64,000 nt of DNA from positions 3,680-67,679 of the forward strand of contig CAZRFE010000004.1 in assembly GCA_964599565.1 (NCBI GenBank). Direction: 5' to 3'. Source of the DNA: an uncultured Gammaproteobacteria bacterium. GTDB taxonomy: Bacteria > Pseudomonadota > Gammaproteobacteria > Natronospirales > JAJUFS01. Of the stretch, positions 37,776 through 46,197 are shown piece after piece. A program made the translations under genes and the position numbers. The number at the start of each line of letters is the position of its first letter. Position 1 is the first letter of the stretch. The notes beneath the pieces are model-generated. The model worked only from the letters and a program-made list of their open reading frames with translations, had not been told where the DNA came from and did no database searches.

Positions 37776-38429
37776 CTAGCGGTCCGGCGCGATCAGGCCA
37801 AGACGCATGGCACAGCGCACGAGGCCGGCGACATCGTGGATGTCGAGGCGGTCCATGAGCTGCGCGCGGTGCGTTTCCACCGTCTTGAAGCTGAGCGAGA
37901 GGATTGCAGCGATCTGCTTGCTCGTGTTGCCTTCCGCGATGAGCTGCAGGATCTCGCGCTGGCGCGGCGTCAGCAGCTGCCGCGTGCGCGGCTGCACCTT
38001 GTTGCGCCCAAGGCACGAGTCGATCACGCTGCGCGAGATCGCAGGACTGAGAAACGTCTCGCCGCGCGAGACGGCGCGCACCGCGGATTCGAGTTCCGTC
38101 GTTGCCGCCGTCTTCACCATGTAGCCCGATGCGCCGGATTTCAGCGTCTGCATCACGTACTGCTCGTTCGCGTGCATGGAGAGCATGATGACCGACGTAT
38201 CCGGCACCGCGGCCTTGAGCTTCGGCAGCGCATCGAGACCGTTCAGCTCCGGCATGGTGATGTCCACGATGGAGACGTCGGGCTTCTTCTCGCGCGCGAC
38301 CTTGATCAGGTCAAGTCCGTTCTCGACTTCGGCCACGACGCTGACGTTGCGCATGTCGTTGAGCAGCGCGCGCAGGCCCGCCCGGAACAGGGCATGGTCG
38401 TCGGCCAGCATTACATTGATCTGTTTCAC
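37776..38429 (-). CDS. NarL/FixJ (LuxR-type HTH) response regulator
   Basis: 217 aa. LADDHALFR...DVSIVDITMPELNG (receiver domain) plus a C-terminal LTPRQREILQLIAEGNTSKQIAAILSLSFKTVETHR HTH. Confidence 0.9.
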   Translation of the reverse strand: MKQINVMLADDHALFRAGLRALLNDMRNVSVVAEVENGLDLIKVAREKKPDVSIVDITMPELNGLDALPKLKAAVPDTSVIMLSMHANEQYVMQTLKSGASGYMVKTAATTELESAVRAVSRGETFLSPAISRSVIDSCLGRNKVQPRTRQLLTPRQREILQLIAEGNTSKQIAAILSLSFKTVETHRAQLMDRLDIHDVAGLVRCAMRLGLIAPDR

Positions 38430-38469
38430 GTTGTTCTCCCCTCTTGCTTCAAGTCATCCGATGACGGTT

Positions 38470-40494
38470 TCAATGAACCCTGCGCCGCAGGTAGCGGCGA
38501 ATTTCGGTGTCCGTGACGGGCGGGCTGAAGAGATTGCCCTGGCCTTCGTCGCAGTCGCTTGAGCGGACGAAGATTCCCTGTGCTTCCGTTTCGATGCCTT
38601 CGGCGACGACGCCGAGGTTCAGCCGCTTGGCCATCGCGATGATCGCCTCGGTGAGCGCGACGTCATCCGCGCTTCCCGGCACGCCGCGGATGAAGGAGCG
38701 GTCGACCTTGAGATAATCGAGCGGAAACTTCCTGAGCATGTGCAGCGACGAATAGCCGGTGCCGAAATCGTCCACCGACAGCGAAACGCCGGTGCGCTTG
38801 AGACGCTGCAGGACGTCGGCGGCGACGACGTGATCCTGCATCATCGTGCTTTCGGTGATCTCGAGCTCGAGACGCTTCGCGTCAAGCCCGGTTTCGCGGA
38901 GTATGTCGAGCATGCGCGTATCGAGGCTGTCGTCGCGGAACTGTTTCGGCGAGACGTTCACGGAAATCCGCACGCCCGGCAGGCCATCTGCATCCCAGGC
39001 GAGCGCCTGGCGGCAGGCATCGCGCAGCACGCGGTCGCCGAGCGGCCCGATGAGGCCGACGTCCTCGGCGAGCGCGATGAAACGCGATGGCTCGACGTCG
39101 CCGAACTCCACGCTGTTCCAGCGCGCGAGGACTTCAAGCGCGCGCACGCGCCCGGTGCGAAGGTCGACGCGCGGCTGGTAGCGCAGGCTGATCTCGTCCG
39201 ATTCGATCGCGTTGCGCAGGCCGTTCGCGAGCGCGAGCGTTTCGAACGCGCGGCTCGACATCTCCGCGGAATGGAAACGATAGCCGCGCCGGCCGCTGCT
39301 CTTCACGTGGTACATCGCTGCGTCCGCGTTGCGCAGCAGCGATGCCGCGTCGTTCGCGTCACCCGGATAGCAGCTGATGCCGATGCTCGCCGACATCGTG
39401 AAGCGTCGTCCGCGGATGTGATATGGCCGCACGAGTTCATCGAGGATCTTCTTTGCGGCGGCGGCGGCATCCTGCGGTTCCGCGATGCCATCGAGCAGCA
39501 CGGTGAACTCGTCGCCGCCGAGACGGCCGATCATGTCGTTGCCGCGCACGCAACGCCTGAGGCGTTCGGAAACCTGCTGCAGGAGATCGTCGCCGACCGC
39601 ATGACCGAACGTGTCGTTGATGTGCTTGAAGCGGTCGAGATCGAGAAACAGGCAGGCGATCATCTCGTCGTGACGATCCGCGCGCCGCGCGCTCTTGCCG
39701 AGCTGTTCCATGAACATGCTGCGGTTCGCCACGCCCGTCAGTGCATCATGGTTGGCAAGATAGGCAAGCTGCTGTTCCTCGCTCTTGCGTTCCGTGATGT
39801 CGACGACGAACGATTCAAGCTGCGCGCCGTCCGCGCCGCACCGGCGCACGTTGCCGCCGTGCCAGAGCCATTTCTCCGCGCCGTTCGCGCAATGCAGGCG
39901 ATGCTCGATCGAAAACGGCTTGCCGGATCGAAGCGCGCGCTGCAGCGCGGTCATGACGCGGCGCCGGTCCGCGGCAGGCACCAGCGCGAGCAGGCGCTCG
40001 CTGCCGTGGCCGGTGAAATGCGATGCGCGGTGACCGCAAAGTTCGAGTGCCTTTGGACTGACGAACGTCACGCGGCCGCCCTCGCCGATGCCGCAGCGGA
40101 GCACGACCCCGGGCAGCCCGGCGATGAGGTCGTGGACCGGTTCCGCTGCATTCCGCGCAATGGCCTTTGCAGCGGCATCATCGCGGTCGTGGTGACGAAT
40201 GTCGGGATCGCCAAGCAGTTCGGCGATCGCCGCCGGCAGGGCATCGAAATCCGCGATGCGCATGCGGCGCGACACCATCGATGTGCGCCCGTTGACAATC
40301 AGCAGGCCGCTCTCGCCGGAAGGCGCATCGAACGCGATCACGTCGTGCTCCCCGAGCGGCAGCGTGATGTCCTTGCCGGGCAGGCGCGGAATGTCGAAGC
40401 ACATGTCGACGCCTTGCGCCGCAAGCGCGCGCTGCGCAGCGCTGCCACGTGCCACCGACGTGCCGACGAACAGCACGGAAATCCTGCGACCCAC
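38470..40494 (-). CDS. PAS-GGDEF-EAL c-di-GMP turnover protein with a receiver-like N-terminal region
   Basis: GGDEF is intact (RLGGDEF) with an RGND I-site 5 aa upstream. EAL-domain motifs EVLARW, DDFGTGYSSL, KVDRSF, EGIETE, QGNLFS. Start chosen at GTG 40494 (GGAG 7 nt upstream); ATG 40644 is the alternative. Confidence 0.85.
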   Translation of the reverse strand: MGRRISVLFVGTSVARGSAAQRALAAQGVDMCFDIPRLPGKDITLPLGEHDVIAFDAPSGESGLLIVNGRTSMVSRRMRIADFDALPAAIAELLGDPDIRHHDRDDAAAKAIARNAAEPVHDLIAGLPGVVLRCGIGEGGRVTFVSPKALELCGHRASHFTGHGSERLLALVPAADRRRVMTALQRALRSGKPFSIEHRLHCANGAEKWLWHGGNVRRCGADGAQLESFVVDITERKSEEQQLAYLANHDALTGVANRSMFMEQLGKSARRADRHDEMIACLFLDLDRFKHINDTFGHAVGDDLLQQVSERLRRCVRGNDMIGRLGGDEFTVLLDGIAEPQDAAAAAKKILDELVRPYHIRGRRFTMSASIGISCYPGDANDAASLLRNADAAMYHVKSSGRRGYRFHSAEMSSRAFETLALANGLRNAIESDEISLRYQPRVDLRTGRVRALEVLARWNSVEFGDVEPSRFIALAEDVGLIGPLGDRVLRDACRQALAWDADGLPGVRISVNVSPKQFRDDSLDTRMLDILRETGLDAKRLELEITESTMMQDHVVAADVLQRLKRTGVSLSVDDFGTGYSSLHMLRKFPLDYLKVDRSFIRGVPGSADDVALTEAIIAMAKRLNLGVVAEGIETEAQGIFVRSSDCDEGQGNLFSPPVTDTEIRRYLRRRVH

Positions 40495-40712
40495 TCGCGC
40501 ACTCCGGAATCCTGCCTGAAGGACGCCCGCCGCCGCCTCGTGGCGTTGCCGCCTGCGAGCCGGTACCGGCTGGCGTGGAAAATGAAAACCCGCAGGTAGT
40601 CTCAGGTGGCAGGAGTGTGGCATTCCATCCGTTAATTCATTCATTTCGGATGCAGCGGCACGCCCAGCCGCGACGCAGGTCACGTTATGTTTCCCCGGTG
40701 CGCGGCGTGCAT

Positions 40713-41735
40713 TCACAACGGCACCCGTATGCAGATCCGCGCGCCCTCGCCCGGCGCGGATTCGACGTCGACCTTGCCACCGAGCACCGCGATGCGCTCG
40801 CGAATGCCGAGAAATCCAAGCTGGCGTCCGCCGCGAATGGTCACATCGCCGACATCGAAGCCGACGCCGTCGTCGCGCACTTCGCAGAATACGTCCTCGC
40901 CGCGGACTTCGAGCATGATCCACACGTTGCTGGCGCTCGCATGCTTGATGACGTTGTTGAGCATTTCCTGGATGCAGCGATACAGCGCGGTTTCGACGAC
41001 AGCGGGTGGACGCTGCGCCAGGCGGTTGTCGACGTGAATCTCGAGGCCTGCACGCTTCGCCACGCCATCCACGAGAAACTCCACGGCGCCGGTGAGGCCT
41101 GCGTTCTCGAGCACGCGCGGCCGCAATTCGTGCGAGACATGGCGAAGGTCGCGCTCGAGTTCATCGAGCAGTTCGTGCGCGCGCCTGAGCTCGTCCCTGC
41201 CCTCCGGCGTCACATGCTTTGCGATGCCGTAAAGCGAGATGTGCACGCAGGCAAGGTACTGCCCCGCGCCATCGTGAATGGCATGCGCGATGCGGCGCAC
41301 TTCATCTTCGAGCATTTCGTTGAGATGCCGCATCGCGGTGCTCGCTTCGCGATAGCCGCGCGAACTCATCTCATATGGCGAGAGAAATTCCGACAGGACG
41401 GTGCCGGCAATATCGCAGCACGCGGTGCGATCGGCGTCCGGCGGCATGGCGTCGAGCACGTCGCACAGTGCGGCGTGATGCATTTCCACGACGGACAGCA
41501 GCCCGACTTCCTTGACGACGGCTTCGCGCCCGAGATGGTAGATGCGAAGCAGATCCTCTTCCTCGCGGTGCGAGAGATAGCGTTCGAGCAGTGCGGTGTA
41601 GCGCTGCCGCAGTTCGTCCGCGGGGTCTGCGCGCGCGGCGTCGGTGTCGATCCTGCGGCGCGTGCGCACGCTCCCGGTCTTCATGGTCGCGACCGTTGCG
41701 GTCTGGCGCGCCGAATGACCGGGCTTGCGCATCAT
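40713..41735 (-). CDS. histidine kinase: RsbU_N-like N-terminal domain + HisKA_3 + HATPase_c (no TM segments)
   Basis: The N-terminus LRQRYTALLERYLSHREEEDLLRIYHLGREAV resembles the B. subtilis RsbU N-terminal (RsbT-binding) domain. IAHAIHDGAGQYL (HisKA_3 His), NNVIKH, DDGVGF, GFLGIRER. ATGA overlap with the upstream gene. Confidence 0.85.
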   Translation of the reverse strand: MMRKPGHSARQTATVATMKTGSVRTRRRIDTDAARADPADELRQRYTALLERYLSHREEEDLLRIYHLGREAVVKEVGLLSVVEMHHAALCDVLDAMPPDADRTACCDIAGTVLSEFLSPYEMSSRGYREASTAMRHLNEMLEDEVRRIAHAIHDGAGQYLACVHISLYGIAKHVTPEGRDELRRAHELLDELERDLRHVSHELRPRVLENAGLTGAVEFLVDGVAKRAGLEIHVDNRLAQRPPAVVETALYRCIQEMLNNVIKHASASNVWIMLEVRGEDVFCEVRDDGVGFDVGDVTIRGGRQLGFLGIRERIAVLGGKVDVESAPGEGARICIRVPL

Positions 41736-42364
41736 GACGAGGTGCTCTCGTCGAGCCCGCGGTAACGAAGCGCGAGCACGAACGCATCGTCCTTGCCGTG
41801 GCAGTGACGTTCGCGGATTGCCTTTGCAAGCGCGGCAGGGCCGATGTTCGGCCGGTATTCGCCGTACCATCCGTAACCGACGCCGTCGGTCGCAACGACG
41901 ATCATGTCGCCCGGCTTGAGCATGGCATGCGAGGGGCGCAGTTCCGGCAGGCGATCGCCGACCACGCCGGCGCGCAGGACGAGCGACTCGAACTGCGGCA
42001 TGCCATGCGTATCAAGCTGGATGCGCACGGCCTGGATGTTGCCGACACTGAGCCACGTCATCGCGCCGGCGGCGGCGTCGATGGAAAGAAGGCACATCGC
42101 GGAGCCGCGCGTGCCCTGCAGCTTGCGGTGACAGTGTTCGATGATGGCGGCGAGCGAGGTATCGGCGTTGCAGTCTGCAAGTTCGCGTTCCGTGCGTTCG
42201 GCCATGCGCGCGGCTTCGCTGCCGTGTCCGAGCGCGTCGATGACGAACGCGAACGCACGCAATCCGTCGACACGCACATCGCCGCTGTCGCCGCTCTCGG
42301 AACCGCCTTCATAGGGAACGGACTCGACGTGCCAGTCAACGATCTGTCGCGTCAGAGCTTCCAC
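41732..42364 (-). CDS. rsbX: PP2C/SpoIIE-type serine phosphatase, RsbX-like
   Basis: GDSGDV..., AFVIDALGHG, ATDGV motifs. About 210 aa from GTG 42364, which overlaps the end of the upstream gene. The track ORF extends further upstream in the same frame with junk-like sequence. Confidence 0.7.
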   Translation of the reverse strand: MEALTRQIVDWHVESVPYEGGSESGDSGDVRVDGLRAFAFVIDALGHGSEAARMAERTERELADCNADTSLAAIIEHCHRKLQGTRGSAMCLLSIDAAAGAMTWLSVGNIQAVRIQLDTHGMPQFESLVLRAGVVGDRLPELRPSHAMLKPGDMIVVATDGVGYGWYGEYRPNIGPAALAKAIRERHCHGKDDAFVLALRYRGLDESTSS

Positions 42365-42780
42365 TTCGTCACCGTGACGCAGGTACCGGCTCCCGCGTTC
42401 GATTCCAGGTCGAAGTTGTCCATGATGTGGCGCACGCCGGCAAGACCAAGGCCAAGGCCGCCGGATGTCGAGAAACCGCCGCGTATCGCCTGCTCGATGT
42501 TGCCGATGCCGGGCCCCGAATCGCGCGCAACGATGCGTATGCCGCTTGCACCGCCGTTGTGCACAAGCTCGAGATGAATCTCCCCGTAGTTCGCGTACTC
42601 GATGATGTTGCGCGCAAGCTCGGAGATCGCTGTCGCGATCAGCGTCAGCTCGCTGGACGAGAATCCCGCCTGCTCGGCGAGCATCCGGCCGGCGTGACGC
42701 GCAGAGACGAGATCCGTGTCGGATTCGATCCGTACGCGTACGCCGTGCTGCTGGGATTCGTGGGTGGTTATCTTCGTCAC
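42352..42780 (-). CDS. rsbT: RsbT-like switch serine kinase (GHKL ATPase)
   Basis: 142 aa. ELARNIIEYA (N-box), DSGPGI (G1), GGLGLGLAG (G2). Confidence 0.85.
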   Translation of the reverse strand: MTKITTHESQQHGVRVRIESDTDLVSARHAGRMLAEQAGFSSSELTLIATAISELARNIIEYANYGEIHLELVHNGGASGIRIVARDSGPGIGNIEQAIRGGFSTSGGLGLGLAGVRHIMDNFDLESNAGAGTCVTVTKWKL

Positions 42781-42789
42781 ATTGCACCG

Positions 42790-43149
42790 CTACGTTTCGG
42801 CGTCCACGGAATCGAGGAATGCAAGACCTTCTTCAAGGTCAAGCGCAGTCGAAACATCGGCGAGCGTTATGCCGAGCTGCACCATTGCAAACGCAACGTC
42901 GGGCTGAATGCCGACGATGACGGTGTGCGCGCCGCGCAGGCGGATCATGTATGCGAGGTCGCGCAGCGTGCGTGATGCAAACGAGTCGAGCACGTCGAGC
43001 GCGGTCACGTCGACGATCACGCCGCGCGAACGGAAGCGTCCGACCTTTTCCACCAGCGCATCCCGCAGCTGCACGAAATCCTGGTCAGTCAGCGCTGCCT
43101 GGATCGTCGCGATCAGGTAATGCGATTGCTTGAGAATAGGGACTGCCAC
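42790..43149 (-). CDS. rsbS: RsbS-like STAS-domain stressosome scaffold/antagonist
   Basis: 119 aa single STAS domain. VIVDVTALDVLDSFASR carries the conserved phosphorylatable Ser. Confidence 0.85.
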   Translation of the reverse strand: MAVPILKQSHYLIATIQAALTDQDFVQLRDALVEKVGRFRSRGVIVDVTALDVLDSFASRTLRDLAYMIRLRGAHTVIVGIQPDVAFAMVQLGITLADVSTALDLEEGLAFLDSVDAET

Positions 43150-43181
43150 CTGGCCTCCCCCCCTGTGTCATTTCCAGTGGA

Positions 43182-44087
43182 TCACGGCTTCTTTGGAGCC
43201 GGAACGTCATCGTGCATCACGACCTTGTAGCCGAGCAGGCGTTCGGCTTCTTCGATACCGCCCTGCAGGTCGCCGACGGTGTTCATCTTCGCGAGATCCA
43301 CGCCGATGTTCACGAGTGTCTGCGCAATGTCCGGCGACAGGCCCGTCACGATGACGGTCGCACCGAGCAGTCGCGATGCTTCCACGGTCTGCACAAGATG
43401 GTTCGCGACGTGCGAATCCATTTCCGCCACACCGGTGATGTCGATCACGACCACGCGCGCGCGGTTTGCGCGAATCGCCTGCAGCAGCTGCTCGGTGAGC
43501 TGGCGTGCGCGCAAGGGATCGATGACGCCGATGATGGGAAGAATGAGCAGGCGTTCACGCACCTGGAGAACCGGCGTGGACAGCTCGCGGATGGCTTCCT
43601 GCTGCTCGCGGATGATGCGCTCGCGCTCCTGCACGAAGCCGACCGCCACCGTGTTCGCGATCCTGTTCGCCGCAGGCTCGTATGCGTCGAGAATGCGGTT
43701 CAGCAGATCGAAGTCGGAGCGGTACTTGCCGAACAGCGATCGTGCAAGCACGTCGCGCAGCAGCAGCACGATGCCGACCACTTCGTCGGTTTCGACGCCG
43801 CGTGGAATGATGCGCTCGGAAAGATTGCGCGCGTATGCCTGCAGGGCTTCGAACGTGCCGGTTTCCAGCGCTTCCACGTAGTTGTCGTACACGGACGTGG
43901 CTTCGGCGAAGATTTCTTCCTTGGTCATCGCCGTGAGCAGGCGCGCCTCGGTGATTCTGCGCGCCCATTCCTCGCGCAGTTCGGTGCGGTTGTCGCGCAG
44001 GTGAGCGACGAGTTCCCGCAGCAGTGCGACAGTGGATTCCGTCATGGCGGGATTTACCGTCTTCTTGGTTGATTTGACAATGGCCAT
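43182..44087 (-). CDS. rsbR: RsbR-like stressosome sensor (N-terminal globin-like domain + STAS)
   Basis: 301 aa. The C-terminal LSTPVLQVRERLLILPIIGVID...VVIDITGVAEMDSHVANHL...IVTGLSPDIAQTLV matches RsbR STAS. RBS GAGGAGG upstream. Confidence 0.85.
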   Translation of the reverse strand: MAIVKSTKKTVNPAMTESTVALLRELVAHLRDNRTELREEWARRITEARLLTAMTKEEIFAEATSVYDNYVEALETGTFEALQAYARNLSERIIPRGVETDEVVGIVLLLRDVLARSLFGKYRSDFDLLNRILDAYEPAANRIANTVAVGFVQERERIIREQQEAIRELSTPVLQVRERLLILPIIGVIDPLRARQLTEQLLQAIRANRARVVVIDITGVAEMDSHVANHLVQTVEASRLLGATVIVTGLSPDIAQTLVNIGVDLAKMNTVGDLQGGIEEAERLLGYKVVMHDDVPAPKKP

Positions 44088-44720
44088 CGCGACCTCCTCG
44101 CTCCGGTATTAAAGGTTGACTGACCTGTTCCGGAATCCTTCCCGGACGGGCATCTGCCGGGGATGAAGCCGTCCTGGCAACCCCCGGCTGCCGGGTACCG
44201 TGATGCGCGCGTCGCGCCGTCTCCCGGGCCTGCCTTTGGCAATGTGCCGGGAGCGGATGACGTACGACAGGATTCCCCCGTTCACGCCGGTTCCGACGTT
44301 CCCTTGTACCGGGGGACGTTCGGGCCGAAGCGGGATCCGTTGTCAAAATGTGGATGATCGTCCCATTAAGAAACATGACCCTATCGCTTTCAAGGTTCTG
44401 GATCAAATCCCTGATGACCTCGCTACGCGGCTACCCCTGAACCCTGCCTGAATATGGCCTAAAACCAGCATGAATCAGGGGGTTACCGGCTGCGCCAAAA
44501 CCCTTAGATCGCAAGGCTAGCCCAGCGCCGATACCGGCTATATACGGTCATCACCTTATATTGGCGCCGTTGCGCGACGCCGCAGCGAACGTCGTCCATG
44601 AGGAAAACAGCGGCAACCCTTCGCCGTACTGCCGGGCACGGATGCCTGCCGCGGATGCGATCTGGCAAAGTCCGTCACCGTCCCGTGAGCCAGCCCGCCA
44701 CCGGCGGAAGGTCGCGCATC

Positions 44721-45284
44721 GTGAGGAGCGCAAGCAATGTTGCCGTTCTTGTCGGCAGCCTGCGCAGGAGCGCATACAACCGGAAGATCGCACAGGCGCT
44801 GACCGATCTTGCGCCGCGCTCGCTGCGTCTTGAAGTCGTCGAGATCGCACGGCTGTCGCTTTACGATCCCGAGCGCGACACCGCCTCGCCACCCCTCGAC
44901 TGGAAACTCTTCCGACAGCAGATACGTGCGGCCGACGCCGTGCTCTTCCTTGCGCCGGAGTGCCGCTGCGCGGTGCCCGCCGTGCTGAGAAACGCACTCG
45001 AGATCGCATCGCGGCCGTTCGCGGACAACGCGTGGACGGGCAAGCCCGGCGGCGTCATGTGCATCACGCCGACGGGCGCCGCCGGAACCTGCGCCGACTA
45101 CCGGCTGCGCCAGACGCTGGTCCTGCTCAACGTTCCCGTCATGCAGCCGCCGTATGCCTGCGTGCGCGAAAGCGATCGCCTGCTGGATGCCGGCGGCCGG
45201 CTGAACGATCCGCGCGCGCGCACGTTCCTGCAGGAATTCATCGGCGCGTTCGACAACTGGGTACACACCACGTCGCGTCACTGA
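44721..45284 (+). CDS. NAD(P)H-dependent FMN reductase family oxidoreductase
   Basis: VAVLVGSLRRSAYNRKIA...ADAVLFLAPE...LRNALEIASRP pattern. GTG 44721 (GGAAGG upstream) gives the typical ~187 aa. The track ATG 44598 would add an Arg-rich extension. Confidence 0.7.
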   Translation: MRSASNVAVLVGSLRRSAYNRKIAQALTDLAPRSLRLEVVEIARLSLYDPERDTASPPLDWKLFRQQIRAADAVLFLAPECRCAVPAVLRNALEIASRPFADNAWTGKPGGVMCITPTGAAGTCADYRLRQTLVLLNVPVMQPPYACVRESDRLLDAGGRLNDPRARTFLQEFIGAFDNWVHTTSRH

Positions 45285-45348
45285 GCGCGCGGTCGCACGT
45301 CGCGTCACTGAGCGCGCGGTCGCACGTTGGGTCACTGATCGTGCGTCC
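45269..45348. repeat. 27-bp tandem repeat: two perfect units plus one degenerate unit
   Basis: CACGTCGCGTCACTGAGCGCGCGGTCG occurs at 45269-45295 and 45296-45322. A third unit at 45323-45348 matches at about 20/27. The units contain the stop codons of the two convergent genes. Confidence 0.8.
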
Positions 45349-46102
45349 AGCCGCGCAGCCGGTAATACGCAAGTCCCGTCAGCTCATGAACCACCAGCCG
45401 CAGCAGCGGCAGCGATTTGCTGTTCGGCAGCCACGCTCGCCATGTCAGCGACGGATCGCCGCGATGATCCGCGGCGATCGCGTGCGGCTGCCTGCCAAGC
45501 GCATGCGCGACCGCCATGGCGCGCGGCATGTGAATCGCGCTCGTCACGATGACGATGTCGCGGTCCGCGTCGATCATCGCGAAACTGTTCCGCAGGTTCT
45601 CAGAGGTATCGAGCGATGCGGGTTCGACGCGAACGTGCGCTGCGGGAACGCCGCTCATGCGCGCAAGCATCGCCATGCGTGCGGCGACGGCAGGCGCTCC
45701 GGGAGGACGAACCGTGCCGGAGAAAAGCAGCGTGCCGCCCGTTGTCCGCCAGGCATCGACCGCGGTCAGCGTGCGACGGAAACTCGCGGCATCAAGCTGC
45801 AGCGCATCCGGCAGCGAGCGGTCATACGAGCTGCCCGACGCCAGCACGACGATGACAGGCTCGTGCAGCTTCATCGCACCGACAGGAACCGGCGGATAGC
45901 GTGCTTCGAGCCGCAGCGCGAGATGATGCGCGAACGCAGGCGTCAGCAGCAGCCAGCTCCACGCGACCGCGGCGAGCAGTACGTAACGCCAGCGATGCAG
46001 GCGTGCACGCGTGCGAAACGCCATCACCGCAAGCCCGATCAGCAGCGCAAGCAGGTGCACGGGCGTTGGCATCAGCAGTTCGATGGGTGTTATCAGCAAC
46101 AC
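45332..46102 (-). CDS. YdcF/ElyC (DUF218) family membrane protein
   Basis: 256 aa. N-terminal TMs, then VIVVLASG...SGV...DTSENL...IVIVTSAIHMPRA, typical of DUF218. Confidence 0.75.
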   Translation of the reverse strand: MLLITPIELLMPTPVHLLALLIGLAVMAFRTRARLHRWRYVLLAAVAWSWLLLTPAFAHHLALRLEARYPPVPVGAMKLHEPVIVVLASGSSYDRSLPDALQLDAASFRRTLTAVDAWRTTGGTLLFSGTVRPPGAPAVAARMAMLARMSGVPAAHVRVEPASLDTSENLRNSFAMIDADRDIVIVTSAIHMPRAMAVAHALGRQPHAIAADHRGDPSLTWRAWLPNSKSLPLLRLVVHELTGLAYYRLRGWTHDQ

Positions 46103-46129
46103 AGGTTGTCACCCGTTTTCCGCGGCACC

Positions 46130-46156
46130 AAAAAAGAGCCCCGCGGGCGCGGGGCT
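46130..46156 (-). terminator. rho-independent terminator after the S8 protease gene
   Basis: The minus strand reads AGCCCCGC-GCCC-GCGGGGCT followed by CTTTTTTGG. Confidence 0.6.
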
Positions 46157-46197
46157 AATCTCCTGGGGGGCCTTGGAGTCGAATAAGGTCTTGCGTG

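Noticed and set aside
44088-44720. The 630-bp gap upstream of rsbR, examined for a small RNA, riboswitch or small ORFs (44163..44357, 44200..44451).
   Set aside because: I recognised no conserved RNA motif or convincing hairpin/terminator pair. The small ORFs have Arg/Pro-rich translations and no RBS. This is most likely promoter/leader DNA for the divergent rsbR and FMN-reductase genes.
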